Made by a program: the position numbers and the translations under genes. 64,000 nt of DNA from NCBI GenBank assembly GCA_031458695.1, contig JAVKJW010000003.1, forward strand, positions 1 through 64,000. Direction: 5' to 3'. Below the pieces are notes generated by a model. It did not search any database, had not been told where the DNA came from, and was given only the letters and a program-made list of their open reading frames with translations. The DNA comes from Candidatus Thermofontivivens primus (GTDB lineage: Bacteria > Sysuimicrobiota > Sysuimicrobiia > Sysuimicrobiales > Thermofontiviventaceae). The number at the start of each line of letters is the position of its first letter. The first letter of the stretch is position 1. Shown piece by piece: positions 1 through 10,223 of the stretch.

Positions 1-482
1 CACTGGAAGGTCAGGTTGGCCGGGCAGACGACCAGAGTTCGTTCCACTAAGCCGCGCAACTTGAGCTCCTTGAGCAAGAGGCCAGCCATGATGGTCTTCC
101 CAGCCCCAGCGTCGTCCGCCAGGAGGAAACGCACCCGGCCAAGCTTGAGCATATAGTCATAAACGGCCTCCAGCTGATGCGGTAGCGGGTCCACACGGGA
201 GACGGACAGGGCGAAGTACGGATCGAACTCATAGGCGATGCCCAGCCGGTATGCCTCGATCCCCAGGCGAAGGAGATGGCCGTCGCCATCGAAGCGCCGC
301 TCCTGGTCGAGGATCCGGATGTGTTGGAGATCGTCGCGGGTCAAGGTAACCCGGCGAAATTGCTGGGTGCGCTTCCCCACTAATCCTACAACCCAGGTGT
401 CGATCCCGTCTGCACGCACGGTCTCGATAACCATGGGCTCGCTAAATTGAGGCCCTACAAGGATCTGACCTTCTCGAAGCAT
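1..482 (-). CDS. SNF2/RapA-like helicase, N-terminal part (runs off the window)
   Basis: Manual translation: MLREGQILVGPQFSEPM...DPLPHQLEAVY..RVRFLLADDAGAGKTIMAGLLLKELKLRG..TLVVCPANL = SNF2 Q motif, Walker A and motif Ia; GGAGG RBS upstream. Absent from the ORF track because it is truncated. Confidence 0.9.
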   Translation of the reverse strand, partial: MLREGQILVGPQFSEPMVIETVRADGIDTWVVGLVGKRTQQFRRVTLTRDDLQHIRILDQERRFDGDGHLLRLGIEAYRLGIAYEFDPYFALSVSRVDPLPHQLEAVYDYMLKLGRVRFLLADDAGAGKTIMAGLLLKELKLRGLVERTLVVCPANLTFQ

Positions 483-683
483 TCATCGACCTCCGTCTAA
501 TGGGGGACCTCCCATGGGTGGGTCTGCGAGAAAGAGACATCAAGGTCCCCGTAGAACAGGTAAGCTTTCCCTAGCGATGTTCTCCAAACTACGGCGAATT
601 CTCCGGACCTCCCCTACAGCACATCAGACTACGGACGGCATGTCTCCCAATGCGGCCCATCTTTCCCGCCCTGCCCTAATGGC

Positions 684-1049
684 CTAATCCCCGTAAAGCT
701 CGCGACACAGGTCGTCCAGAAACCTCTTCCCGCCAAGGAGGACACCCTTGAACTCCCTGCGGAGGTCTTCAAGGCGCCGCCTCCCTTTGCCCGTGATCCG
801 CATAGGACGCCTGCGTCTTCCTTCGGGATCCAGCCATCTTCCCTCCAAGTACCCCTCCGCGAGCATCTGCCGGCTTACCTTGCTCACGGTCGCCCAACTC
901 GGCCTCCAGAGCCCCCCGCTCATTCGCTCAATCTCCTTGCGAAGACTCCACTCCGTGAGTCCATCCCTGCGGGAAAGAAGGTGCAAGATGAGAAGCTCCG
1001 TGAGATGCTGCGTCCTGGGGACTGCCGTATTGATAACTGTCAACGGCAT
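684..1049 (-). CDS. PadR-family transcriptional regulator
   Basis: LLILHLLS...GLWRPSWATV...LAEGYLEGRW...RRRRPMRITGKGRRRL winged-helix pattern. Confidence 0.8.
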   Translation of the reverse strand: MPLTVINTAVPRTQHLTELLILHLLSRRDGLTEWSLRKEIERMSGGLWRPSWATVSKVSRQMLAEGYLEGRWLDPEGRRRRPMRITGKGRRRLEDLRREFKGVLLGGKRFLDDLCRELYGD

Positions 1050-1270
1050 ATGTGTTATGTTCGACGCAGGCTCGTAAACTCCTTCTTACAAGTGCTTTGC
1101 AAAAAAAGCATTTACGGTGAGTCTACCAGACAGACCCACGGAGAAACTTCCCCGATAGGTGATCGCGCACCTGTGCACTGATCCTCGTGCAGGACCTTGG
1201 AGTAGGGATGAGAGTGTACACTCGTCAATTCAAGGATAGACCGAAGAAGATCCGCGCCTATTGAAGAAAC

Positions 1271-1420
1271 CTAATTTCCTCCTGCGACCAGCTCCCGGTA
1301 GACCTGCTCCAGATCCCTCACCCTACTCTCGATTGCCACGTGGGTGTAGCGCTCGGTGGTGGAGAGGATCTTGTGGCCTGCTAGCCTCTGGACCCTGGCC
1401 ACAGGTACGCCCCTTTCCAT
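1271..1420 (-). pseudogene. C-terminal remnant of a tyrosine integrase
   Basis: MERGVPVARVQRLAGHKILSTTERYTHVAIESRVRDLEQVYR closely parallels the C-terminus of the 1930-3186 integrase; no upstream catalytic core. Confidence 0.85.
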
Positions 1421-1627
1421 TTGCTCGATGACAATGCCTGCCTTTGGAAAAATCGAAGGGAAATCCAAAGGAAACCCAAGGATTCCAAACGTTCTTGTGT
1501 GCTATTGTCGTCCCATCAAAACTCTTGGCATAGCTGGTTATAAACCAAATCCTTCAAAAGTGGGCAATGTAAATGGTGGGAGTAGCTCCTATAAGCTTTG
1601 TGCGCATTGGCCAAATAAACGAGGTAC

Positions 1628-1933
1628 TTGCATATGTCGATCGGACAGAAAGGACGCAGTGCTCTGCTCGAAGGGCGAAGAATCGAACTCCCTGAAGGCA
1701 GGACCGTTCCCAACGTAAGCATAGGAAGTTTTCCGGAGGATACCACCTCCTTCCCTTCGAAGAGAAGATTACTCAATAGCTATGAGCTCGCCGCTTTTCT
1801 CGGTGTCCACCCTCAAACTATCTACCGCCTCTGCCGAACAGGTGTTATCCCTCACATCCGCATATCCGGCAGATGCATTCGTTTCGACCCTAGGGCGATT
1901 GAATCCTGGCTGAGGATAAAACAGAGTAGCTAG
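1628..1933 (+). CDS. Excisionase-like HTH DNA-binding protein (true start may be downstream)
   Basis: LLNSYELAAFLGVHPQTIYRLCRTGVIPHIRISGRCIRFDPRAIESWL = Xis/HTH_17 pattern; convergent with the integrase. Confidence 0.85.
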   Translation: MHMSIGQKGRSALLEGRRIELPEGRTVPNVSIGSFPEDTTSFPSKRRLLNSYELAAFLGVHPQTIYRLCRTGVIPHIRISGRCIRFDPRAIESWLRIKQSS

Positions 1934-3186
1934 CCAGCGGGGTCCGCCGCAGATGTGCTTTCTTTCTGCTTCCCAATCAGCCGGCGGTAGATCTGTTCCA
2001 GATCGCGGACCCTTCCTTCCACTGCTACATGAGTGTACCGCTCGGTTGTTGATAGCAGCTTGTGGCCGGCGAGTCGTTGCACCTTTGCTGGAGGAACGCC
2101 CTTCTCCATCAGCTCGGTGATATAGGTGTGGCGCAGATCGTGCAGTGTGAGGTCGGGAGAGACCTGGCTTAAAATCTTTTTGAATGTCTGGCCGACGACG
2201 TCCTTATTCAGAGCCTTCCCGCCAGGGGCGAACACGAGTTTACCCCTCTGTGGAAGCTTCCGCAATTCCTCTAACACCCAGGATGGTATCGTCACCACGG
2301 CCCTGGCCTCGCCCTCCTTTGGTCTCCAGATATTCCCGCGCAACCTGTCCCCTGCCGGGATTTCTTGGGAATCAAGCTCCACTTCCTGCACAAGGATCCT
2401 GTCCTCCAGAATGTGTTTCCAGGGCAGGAACCTGGCCTCACTTCGTCGGAGGCCGGCGAACCGGAAAACCAGGTACATGTGCCATAAGAGCCCTTCAAGC
2501 TTGTGGCGGTTCTCCCAGGCAAGACTCATGGCTTGTTCGTCTTCTTCTGGAGTCAAAGCCCTGGGGAGCCGTCCCATCTTAGCAATACTCATCTTCCCGA
2601 CCTCTCTAGCAGGGTTGTTGCGCTTTCCCCAGACGGGATCCAGCATCTGTCGAAGGATGTCCAGGTCGATATTGATGGTTTTATTGGACAGGCCAAGGTC
2701 CTGCCAGGCGGACTTCCATCTTTCAACTTCTTGCGCGGTGACCATGTCTGGCGGCAGGCCCATCTGCTGGAAAAAGGAGACCATCTTCCTCGCACGGCTC
2801 ATGTTCTTCCTGTGAGTGTCCGGTCGACAGTTCCTGGACGAGAGCATCTCGTATTCGTCCAGGAGGTTCTCCCAGGAAAGTTTCGGACTGTACCCCAGGA
2901 AGGCCCTTGCCTCTTCTTCGTCCAGCAATCCAATTGCGTACAAGCGCCGGACCTCATCTAGAGGCATGATACTGCGCTGGCTTCTTGCTTCCAGCTTCTC
3001 CGCCTCCGCCAGAAGAAGGACAGCATGCGATTTCTTCTTTCGAGCCTTCGTCTTTTCCACCACCCGGCCGTCTGGCAACCAGATACGATATACAACTCGC
3101 CAGTATGTCCGCGGCCCGTAGTGGTAGGTTCGACCGCCTACCCTGATCGTGTGTTTCTTCTCCTGGATCCTCCTAAGTGATGCCAC
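1930..3186 (-). CDS. Tyrosine recombinase/integrase
   Basis: GLRRSE (R), KEGE (K), HDLRHTY (HxxR), LAGH, ERYTH (Y); adjacent to tRNA 3' end. Confidence 0.95.
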   Translation of the reverse strand: MASLRRIQEKKHTIRVGGRTYHYGPRTYWRVVYRIWLPDGRVVEKTKARKKKSHAVLLLAEAEKLEARSQRSIMPLDEVRRLYAIGLLDEEEARAFLGYSPKLSWENLLDEYEMLSSRNCRPDTHRKNMSRARKMVSFFQQMGLPPDMVTAQEVERWKSAWQDLGLSNKTINIDLDILRQMLDPVWGKRNNPAREVGKMSIAKMGRLPRALTPEEDEQAMSLAWENRHKLEGLLWHMYLVFRFAGLRRSEARFLPWKHILEDRILVQEVELDSQEIPAGDRLRGNIWRPKEGEARAVVTIPSWVLEELRKLPQRGKLVFAPGGKALNKDVVGQTFKKILSQVSPDLTLHDLRHTYITELMEKGVPPAKVQRLAGHKLLSTTERYTHVAVEGRVRDLEQIYRRLIGKQKESTSAADPAG

Positions 3187-3318
3187 TTACCCCTCCTGGA
3201 TTTTGTGACCGATTTTCGACCGTTGAGGGGCTAATTTCTGCTCAAAAGAGTCGTTTCCTGCTCACATATTAAAAATGATTGAAATGAGCATAGGAGGCGG
3301 GATTCAGGCCTGTGAGGC

Positions 3319-3395
3319 TGGTCGGGGCGGGCGGATTTGAACCGCCGACCTTCTGGTCCCAAACCAGACGCGCTTCCAAGCTGCGCTACGCCCCG
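3319..3395 (-). tRNA. tRNA-Pro(TGG)
   Basis: CGGGGCGTAGCGCAGCTTGGAAGCGCGTCTGGTTTGGGACCAGAAGGTCGGCGGTTCAAATCCGCCCGCCCCGACCA; 77 nt cloverleaf with encoded CCA. Confidence 0.98.
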
Positions 3396-3406
3396 TTCCC
3401 GGATGG

Positions 3407-3436
3407 ATGTTAGCACCTTTGCAGGCGCGCTGTCAA
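3407..3436 (-). promoter_or_regulatory. sigma70-type promoter of tRNA-Pro
   Basis: TTGACA-N18-TAACAT with an extended TG, about 11 nt upstream of the tRNA. Confidence 0.7.
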
Positions 3437-3538
3437 CGAAGGTCTTCTGGCACAAAAGGAGATAGATTGCCCTCTAGAGAAGTGGCTCTAGGTAGACCTT
3501 GAGCATGCAGAGCCTTTGTGGAGACTCCGCAAAAGGAA

Positions 3539-3572
3539 GGTCCCCAAAAAAGGCAAAGACGTTTGCTGGGGT
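3539..3572. repeat. Degenerate copy of the ACCCCA..TGGGGACC palindromic repeat
   Basis: GGTCCCCA-AAAAAGGCAAAGACGTTTGC-TGGGGT. Confidence 0.5.
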
Positions 3573-3652
3573 AAAGAGGAAAGCCCTGGGGAAACCCAAA
3601 AGACCTTCCCCGGAGAACCGAGCAGGTGGAATGATAGCCACAGGAGGGACAT

Positions 3653-5299
3653 ATGACCGACACAACAGAGAGGTTCCGAAGGCTCGTTGAGGATTTCCTC
3701 TCTACTTCCTTTTCCTTCTACCCAAGCCGCGCAGCCCGGATGGGGATCCATACCTATGATGGCCAGGTCGGGGACTATCGGCCAGAAACTGTCGAGGGAT
3801 ACCTGCGGCGTCTGAGGGGGATTTGCCGAGAGGTCGAAGCCATCCCCCCTGGGGAGCTTCCTCCCCTTGAACGCTATGAAGCAGACCTCATCCGTTGGAG
3901 GACGAGAAGGGAAGAGTTCTATTGGGAGGAGTTCCGGGAGCAGGAGCGCAATCCCATCGCCTTTATCGACTTGCTGGACGTGAGCGGCTATCTCAAGCGC
4001 GCATACGCTCCAGCCGAAGAACGCCTGGTTGCCCTCGCAAGGCACCTCCGGGAAGTCCCGCGGGTCCTCAAGATGGCGAGACAACTCCTTCGCCTTCCCC
4101 TCTCCTATCCTGTTGTGGAGACCAGCATAGAAGCCTACAGTGGGTATCATCGCTTCCTTACAGAACTCCCAGCGATGCTCCCTCCTGCTCCTGAAAGCCT
4201 CAAGGACGAAATCCGGGAAGCCTGCGCCGGTGCCCTGGATGCGCTCAAGGAATTCCTTGCGTTCCTTGAAGGGGAGCGGGGAAGAGCGACAGGACAATTT
4301 GCCATTGGTGAAGAGCTCTTCTCCCGCATGTTGGAGGCCGAGGAACTCGTGAATACCCCGCTCGAGGAGCTCCTGGCAAAGGGGAAAGAACTTCTAGAGC
4401 GGAACCTCGAGTTAGTGCGGGAGACCGCAGCGAGACTCTCCCCTGGAAAGGACCCACGCGAGGTAATGGCCAGCCTCGCCAAAAACCACCCCCCGCGGGA
4501 GCGGCTCCTTGAGGAGGCGCGGGAGATGCTAGATCGCCTCCGGCAGTTCCTCCTCGATCATCCCATTGTCACCCTGCCCACGGAGGATCTCCCCATTGTG
4601 GCCGAAACACCCCCGTACGACCGGTGGGCGTTCGCGATGATGGATACCGTGGGGCCCTTTGAAGAAAGGGCAACGGAGTCCTACTACTATATCACCCTTC
4701 CCGAAGAGAGTTGGCCTCCGGAGGTCCAAGAGGCCTGGCTGACGAAATTTGACCGTTCTACCCTGCAGGCGGTCTCCATCCACGAGGTCTACCCCGGGCA
4801 CTACCTTCACCTCATCTCCCTCCGAAAAAACCCGTCTCCCATCGCCAAGGCCTTCCACAGCTACGCCTTCGTCGAGGGGTGGGCACATTACTGCGAGGAG
4901 TTGCTCCTGGAGCAAGGGTACGGGAACGGGGACTTGCCCCTGCGCCTTGGACAGCTCTCCGAAGCCCTCCTCCGCAACGTCCGGTATCTGGTGGCGATCC
5001 GCATGCACACGCAGGGGATGACCATCGAAGAAGCCACGCAGGCGTTCATAGAATACGCTTACATGGAAGAGCTCCCTGCGAGGAAAGAGGCGTTCCGGGG
5101 CTCCTTTGACCCGATGTACTTGAACTATCTGTTAGGAAAACTCCTGATCCTGGAGCTGAGGGAGGACTACGCACGCCTGCAGGGGGAGAAGTTCTCCCTC
5201 CGCGACTTTCACGACAGGCTCCTCAGCCTCGGAGCCCCGCCCCTTCCCCTAGCCCGAAAGCAGCTCCTTCCCGAAGGAACAAGCGAAGGGAGGGGGTAA
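3653..5299 (+). CDS. DUF885 family protein (metallopeptidase-like)
   Basis: HEVYPGHYLH, FVEGWAHYCE and YLLGKLLILELR motifs; 548 aa. Confidence 0.88.
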   Translation: MTDTTERFRRLVEDFLSTSFSFYPSRAARMGIHTYDGQVGDYRPETVEGYLRRLRGICREVEAIPPGELPPLERYEADLIRWRTRREEFYWEEFREQERNPIAFIDLLDVSGYLKRAYAPAEERLVALARHLREVPRVLKMARQLLRLPLSYPVVETSIEAYSGYHRFLTELPAMLPPAPESLKDEIREACAGALDALKEFLAFLEGERGRATGQFAIGEELFSRMLEAEELVNTPLEELLAKGKELLERNLELVRETAARLSPGKDPREVMASLAKNHPPRERLLEEAREMLDRLRQFLLDHPIVTLPTEDLPIVAETPPYDRWAFAMMDTVGPFEERATESYYYITLPEESWPPEVQEAWLTKFDRSTLQAVSIHEVYPGHYLHLISLRKNPSPIAKAFHSYAFVEGWAHYCEELLLEQGYGNGDLPLRLGQLSEALLRNVRYLVAIRMHTQGMTIEEATQAFIEYAYMEELPARKEAFRGSFDPMYLNYLLGKLLILELREDYARLQGEKFSLRDFHDRLLSLGAPPLPLARKQLLPEGTSEGRG

Positions 5300-5328
5300 A
5301 AAAGAAACTGAGGAACTGCCTCACTCCC

Positions 5329-5856
5329 CTAGGACTTCGCGCCCTCAGTGCTGGGAGCCGGCTTTTGTCCAGTTATGGTGGAGCTAGCAGGATTGGGCTT
5401 TTCTCCAAACCACTGCCTCCGAAGATATCCCTCGACCACTTGAACGATTTTCTCCTCTTTCTCCCGGTTGCCCTGTAGCGCCTCCTCTACCCAATCGCGG
5501 TCGACGCGGTAGGTGAGGAGCCGGTGATCGTCTGAGATATGTACCAGGTAATGCTCTTTGGAGTCCTGGAGGACGAGAACGCGCGCATTCATCCCGAGCT
5601 TGGCGGAGATCTGGAGGACTTGGTCAAGCACCCATCGGCGCTTGTCGGATAACTGCTGGACCGGAGCAAGGGTTTGGCTTACCGTCTTTCCCTCAAAGGG
5701 GTTCACCGCTGCACGCAGAACCCTCCGTTGCGTTGCTTTCTTCTGCGCCGCCTCGCGGACCTCCCGCCGGATGTCCAGCCAGGCGACATACAGTGCCGCG
5801 AGGAAGATGGCGAAGATGACGAAGGCGAGTGACCAGTACTTAAAGAACTCTCGCAT
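5329..5856 (-). CDS. Hypothetical protein with N-terminal TM anchor
   Basis: Hydrophobic N-terminus, GGAGG RBS; no recognisable family. Confidence 0.65.
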   Translation of the reverse strand: MREFFKYWSLAFVIFAIFLAALYVAWLDIRREVREAAQKKATQRRVLRAAVNPFEGKTVSQTLAPVQQLSDKRRWVLDQVLQISAKLGMNARVLVLQDSKEHYLVHISDDHRLLTYRVDRDWVEEALQGNREKEEKIVQVVEGYLRRQWFGEKPNPASSTITGQKPAPSTEGAKS

Positions 5857-6015
5857 GCGCCCAGTTTCCCCTCCATACTGAAAGAGTTTCGGTCATGCCA
5901 AAACGAAAGATAAATTTGGCGTCTCTGAACCTTTCTCCTCCTCGAACAAGCGATCGGATTCTTCCGAATCCTCCGCCAACAGTATAATAGAATCGCCACA
6001 AAAACGGCGAGATAG

Positions 6016-6864
6016 GTGATTCAAGTGCGGCCGATTTGGAAAGGATATCTCACCTTCGGTCTGGTGACCATCCCTGTCAAGCTCTACCCGGCCACGGAGG
6101 AGAAGGATATCCACTTCCGCCTCCTCCACCAAAGTTGTGGGACCCCTATCAAGAACATCCGATACTGCCCGGCCTGTGACCGGGAGGTCCCCTGGGAGGA
6201 GATCATAAGGGGATATGAATTCGTCAGGGGCCAGTTCGTCACCTTAACTCAAGAGGAGCTCGCCAGCCTTCCTCTCGAGAACTCCGGGGCGGTTCATATC
6301 CTCTCCTTTGCGGGCCTTGAGGAGATCGACCCCATCTACTTTGACAAGAGCTACTACCTCTCTCCTGACGAAGGCGGGGGGAAGGCATACGTCCTCCTCC
6401 AGGAGGCCCTTCGCGATACCAAGAGAGTGGCCATCGGGAAGCTGACCTTCCGCGAGAAAGACCACCTCGTGGCCATCCGGCCCTACAAGCAAGGGCTCCT
6501 CCTTTCTACCCTTTACTACAACGATGAGATCCGGGATATAGACCAGATCCCCGAGATGGCCGTGGAGGCGACTGTACACCCCAATGAGCGGAGGATGGCC
6601 ATCCAGCTCATCGAAAGCCTCACTGAACCCTTCCGCCCCGAGAGCTATACCGACCAGTACCGGGAGGCCCTCCTCCAGATGATCCAGTCCAAGGCTGAAG
6701 GGATGAAGATCCCGGCCCGTGAAGCAAAGCGCCCTGAGAAGGTCGTTGATCTCATGGAGGCCCTCCGTCGAAGCCTCGAGCAAGCCCGCAGGTCGAAGGA
6801 GGTTCCGAAACTCGCCCGCCAGCCACAGCCGAAGGCTGGTGCGATGCGGGAACGCCACCGCTAA
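6016..6864 (+). CDS. ku: NHEJ DNA end-binding protein Ku
   Basis: RPIWKGYLTFGLVTIPVKLYPAT, IDPIYFDKSYYL, VVDLMEALRRSL. Confidence 0.97.
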   Translation: MIQVRPIWKGYLTFGLVTIPVKLYPATEEKDIHFRLLHQSCGTPIKNIRYCPACDREVPWEEIIRGYEFVRGQFVTLTQEELASLPLENSGAVHILSFAGLEEIDPIYFDKSYYLSPDEGGGKAYVLLQEALRDTKRVAIGKLTFREKDHLVAIRPYKQGLLLSTLYYNDEIRDIDQIPEMAVEATVHPNERRMAIQLIESLTEPFRPESYTDQYREALLQMIQSKAEGMKIPAREAKRPEKVVDLMEALRRSLEQARRSKEVPKLARQPQPKAGAMRERHR

Positions 6865-6912
6865 GGAGCCCCAGGCAAAATCTTTTGACAAGATTTGGCT
6901 CAAGACCTGTGT

Positions 6913-6947
6913 TCACCCCACACATCACAAAGCGTTTTGTGGGGACC
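6913..6947. repeat. Degenerate copy of the ACCCCAC..GTGGGGACC repeat
   Basis: TCACCCCAC-ACATCACAAAGCGTTTT-GTGGGGACC between ku and ligD. Confidence 0.55.
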
Positions 6948-6955
6948 ATGCAAGG

Positions 6956-8065
6956 ATGGCAGCTCAGAGGGAGATTCTCCAACAACTCGGCCTCCTCCGG
7001 CCAGGGCGCGATCCCTTCCCAAAGGGCTTTCCCCCCATGCTCGCCTCGCCTGGCGGCAAACCGTTCACAGATCCTGATTGGCTGTTCGAGGTCAAGTGGG
7101 ACGGCATCCGGACCCTGGCATTCATCAAGGACGAGGGGAAACGCAGGGAGGTTCGCCTCCAAGGAAGAAACCTCACCCTCCTTACTGCCCGGTTCCCGGA
7201 AGTAGTTGAGGCCCTTTCCCAGCTTCCTCTGCCCTTTGAGCTCGTCCTAGACGGGGAGATTGTCGCCCTGGATGAGGAGGGGAAACCGAGTTTCCAGCTC
7301 CTCCAGCGACGCATTCACGTGAGCAGGAAGGAGGAGATCGCCCAGCGCAAGGCCGAGATCCCTGTGGTCTACTATCTCTTCGACTTGCTCTATGTCAATG
7401 GTCATACGCTCTTGGGCCGACCTCTGGAGGAGAGAAGGCGGGCCCTGGAAGCGCTTATCCCCAAAGACCCAGTCGTCCGTATCTCTGAGGCGGTCTATGG
7501 TGAGGGAGAAGCCTTCTTCCAGGCAGTCCGGGATCTCGGGCTTGAGGGCATGATCGCCAAGCGCCTCGATAGCTGCTACGAACCGGGGAAAAGGAGCAGC
7601 TCCTGGGTGAAGGTCAAGCTCGTCCAGCGCCAAGAAGCAGTTGTGGGAGGGTTTACCAGGGGAAGGGGTCGGCGGCAGGGGACCCTGGGAGCACTCCTCC
7701 TAGGCGTCTACAACGAGCGCGGTGAGCTCGAGTACATTGGGCACACGGGCTCTGGCTTCAACGACGAAGAACTCCACCTCCTCCTCGCTCGCTTACACAA
7801 GCTCCAAATCCCGTCCTGCCCGTTCGCCCACCGCCCCAGGACGAACGAGCGCCCGACCTGGGTCCGCCCGGATCTCGTGGTAGAGGTTGAGCACGGGGGT
7901 TGGACGCGGGAAGGGATCCTCCGTTTCCCCATCTACAAAGGGATCCGCACCGACCTCAACCCCCAGGAGGTACGGAGGGAGCAAGCCGTTCACGAAGCTA
8001 GGTTCGCGAGAAAAGCTGCCTCAGGAACTCCTTCGCAGCGGACACGGCCTTGGCACGGTGGCTGA
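6956..8065 (+). CDS. ligD: ATP-dependent DNA ligase, LigD ligase domain only
   Basis: FEVKWDGIR (KxDG), LDGEIV, YLFDLL, EGMIAKR, WVKVK, LRFP; start reassigned to ATG 6956. Confidence 0.92.
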   Translation: MAAQREILQQLGLLRPGRDPFPKGFPPMLASPGGKPFTDPDWLFEVKWDGIRTLAFIKDEGKRREVRLQGRNLTLLTARFPEVVEALSQLPLPFELVLDGEIVALDEEGKPSFQLLQRRIHVSRKEEIAQRKAEIPVVYYLFDLLYVNGHTLLGRPLEERRRALEALIPKDPVVRISEAVYGEGEAFFQAVRDLGLEGMIAKRLDSCYEPGKRSSSWVKVKLVQRQEAVVGGFTRGRGRRQGTLGALLLGVYNERGELEYIGHTGSGFNDEELHLLLARLHKLQIPSCPFAHRPRTNERPTWVRPDLVVEVEHGGWTREGILRFPIYKGIRTDLNPQEVRREQAVHEARFARKAASGTPSQRTRPWHGG

Positions 8066-8636
8066 GCCTATTCTTCACCTCCGGCCCCAGCTCTGCGAAC
8101 GTCTTCCCGTATTCTGGAAGAAGGAAGATAGGGTCATACCCGAACCCGTGCTCGCCGCGTGGCTCCTCGGCGATCCTCCCCTCCACGACGCCCTCGAAGG
8201 TGTAGACCTCTCCTGAAGGAAGCGCCACGGCGGCGACGGCGCGGAACCTGGCGGTGCGCTGGTGGGGAGGGATGCCGCGGAGTTGCTCGAGGATCCAGGC
8301 GTTGCGAGTAGCGTCTGTTGCCTCCTCTCCCAGGAACCTGCTGGAGTGCACCCCTGGCATTCCACCGAGGGCATCCACTTCCAACCCCGAGTCATCGGCC
8401 ATGGCGATCCGGCCGGTGATCTGGGCCACTGTGAGAGCCTTGCTCTTGGCGTTTTCCAGGAAGGTCTCCCCTTCCTCGGGGAGGGGAGGAACCTCAGGGA
8501 ACTCCTCCAGAGATCGCACAAGGACATTCAGGTCCGCTAGGAGGCTCGCGATCTCGACAACTTTCCCCTTATTTCGGGTCGCCAGGACGATTTCTGGACG
8601 AGAGAAAGCGTCTGAGCGTGGCATCTTTGGCATCAA
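7998..8636 (-). CDS. rdgB: dITP/XTP pyrophosphatase (HAM1/RdgB)
   Basis: [24 protein letters not shown]; follows rph. Confidence 0.96.
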   Translation of the reverse strand: MMPKMPRSDAFSRPEIVLATRNKGKVVEIASLLADLNVLVRSLEEFPEVPPLPEEGETFLENAKSKALTVAQITGRIAMADDSGLEVDALGGMPGVHSSRFLGEEATDATRNAWILEQLRGIPPHQRTARFRAVAAVALPSGEVYTFEGVVEGRIAEEPRGEHGFGYDPIFLLPEYGKTFAELGPEVKNRLSHRAKAVSAAKEFLRQLFSRT

Positions 8637-9370
8637 TGGGGGATAAGATGGAGGAGATCGGAGAGGGCCTGCTTTTGGATAGCGATGAGCTCCCGGATGC
8701 CCTTCTCCGCAAGGGTGAGGAGGGAGAGCATCTCCTGCTTGGAGAACGGGAGTCCCTCTGCTGTCCCCTGGACCTCAACGAACCGGCCGCTTTCTGTCAT
8801 CACCACGTTCATGTCCACCCGTGCCCTGGAATCCTCCTCGTAGTTGAGATCGAGGAGCAGTTGGTCTCCGACGATTCCCACGCTTGTCGCCGCGAGGAAC
8901 TCGCGGAGAGGCCACCAGGACAGGGCTCCAGTCCGGCGGAGGAGATAGAGGGCGTCCACGAGGGCGACGAAGGCGCCGGTGATGGCGGCGGTCCTTGTCC
9001 CCCCATCGGCCTGGAGGACATCGCAGTCGATCCAGATCGTCCGCTCTCCGAGCTTCTGGAGGTCCACTCCAGCACGCAGGGATCGCCCAATCAGCCGCTG
9101 GATCTCGTGGATGCGGCCGCCTTGCTTGGTCAGGATGGCATCCCTGGGGTTGCGCTCGTGGGTCGCCCGCGGGAGCATCCCATACTCCGCCGTGATCCAG
9201 CCCTGTCCGGAACCCCGTAACCAGGCTGGGACCTTGTCCTCAACCGTTGCAGTGCACACGACGCGGGTTCCCCCCCACTCGATGAGCACCGAGCCTTCAG
9301 CGTGCTTGATATAGTGCCTTGTGATCGTCACAGGCCGGAGCTGGTCCGGCCTCCTCCCATCTGAGCGCAA
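8633..9370 (-). CDS. rph: Ribonuclease PH
   Basis: [35 protein letters not shown]. Confidence 0.98.
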   Translation of the reverse strand: MRSDGRRPDQLRPVTITRHYIKHAEGSVLIEWGGTRVVCTATVEDKVPAWLRGSGQGWITAEYGMLPRATHERNPRDAILTKQGGRIHEIQRLIGRSLRAGVDLQKLGERTIWIDCDVLQADGGTRTAAITGAFVALVDALYLLRRTGALSWWPLREFLAATSVGIVGDQLLLDLNYEEDSRARVDMNVVMTESGRFVEVQGTAEGLPFSKQEMLSLLTLAEKGIRELIAIQKQALSDLLHLIPH

Positions 9371-9421
9371 GGCCCTCCCCCTCTCTTCAGTACACGTCCT
9401 TTTGATGTTTATCCAGGATCC

Positions 9422-10189
9422 TTAGATCTCGTAAGTTCGACCTTCCTCAGCAACGAGGATCTCTCCTGGAAACTCCTTCGCCGCTTCTCCCGCAGACTCC
9501 TCGGGGAGGTTCGTGGGAAAGAAGTGGGTGAGCAGCAGCCGCCGTACGCCAGCGCGCCTAGCAATGAACCCTGCCATCCTCCCGGTGAGGTGGCCTACCT
9601 GGGAAGAGAGGTGGGCTTCCTGTTCCCTTAGGGTGGCCTCGCAGAGGAAGAGATCGGCTCCCGAGGCGAGTCCTTCGAGGGCATCGCAGGGAGCGGTATC
9701 GGCGGAGTACACGAGCCTGCGCCCGGCTGACTCGATGCCTATAGCGAAGGTGGGGATGGTGTGGATCATTGGAGCGAAGGTGATCCGGAAGGGCCCTAGG
9801 GAGAGAGAACGGGAAGGATCGATGGGATGGAACTTGAGGAACTCAAGGAACCGCTCCTTTGAGGCCTGGGGGATGAGGAGGGAGGTCAATACTGCTGGAG
9901 CACCCTGTGGAGCGTACACGGGGAGGTGGATGCGCGAAGGCTCCGGATACATAGCGAACTCCAGGGCCAAGCGCAATGGATAGAGATCCACGACGTGGTC
10001 GCTGTGGAGGTGGGAGAGGATTACTGCGGAAAGTGCGTGGGCCTGGCAGTGGTGCTGGAGGCGGCTAAAAGCGCCATTGCCGCAGTCGACGAGGAGGAAG
10101 ATCCCTCCCTCTTCCACCAAGTACCCTGGACACGCTCCTCCCGGCGCAGGATACCCTCCCCATCGGCCAAGTACCGTTACTCGCATCAC
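9422..10189 (-). CDS. MBL-fold metallo-hydrolase (RNase Z/PDE-like)
   Basis: SHLHSDH (HxHxDH), YSADT, LLLTHF; usual neighbour of rph. Confidence 0.9.
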   Translation of the reverse strand: MMRVTVLGRWGGYPAPGGACPGYLVEEGGIFLLVDCGNGAFSRLQHHCQAHALSAVILSHLHSDHVVDLYPLRLALEFAMYPEPSRIHLPVYAPQGAPAVLTSLLIPQASKERFLEFLKFHPIDPSRSLSLGPFRITFAPMIHTIPTFAIGIESAGRRLVYSADTAPCDALEGLASGADLFLCEATLREQEAHLSSQVGHLTGRMAGFIARRAGVRRLLLTHFFPTNLPEESAGEAAKEFPGEILVAEEGRTYEI

Positions 10190-10223
10190 CCAAGAAGCCT
10201 TCCTTCAAATCAGGGGCCTAGGA

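Larger units (their letters stand above)
1..3319. mobile_element. Right end of a genomic island integrated at tRNA-Pro
   Basis: Integrase and xis directly downstream of the tRNA; arm-type-like direct repeat TTTTGTGACCG/TTTTCGACCG at about 3201-3222; the other att site is not in the window. Confidence 0.8.
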
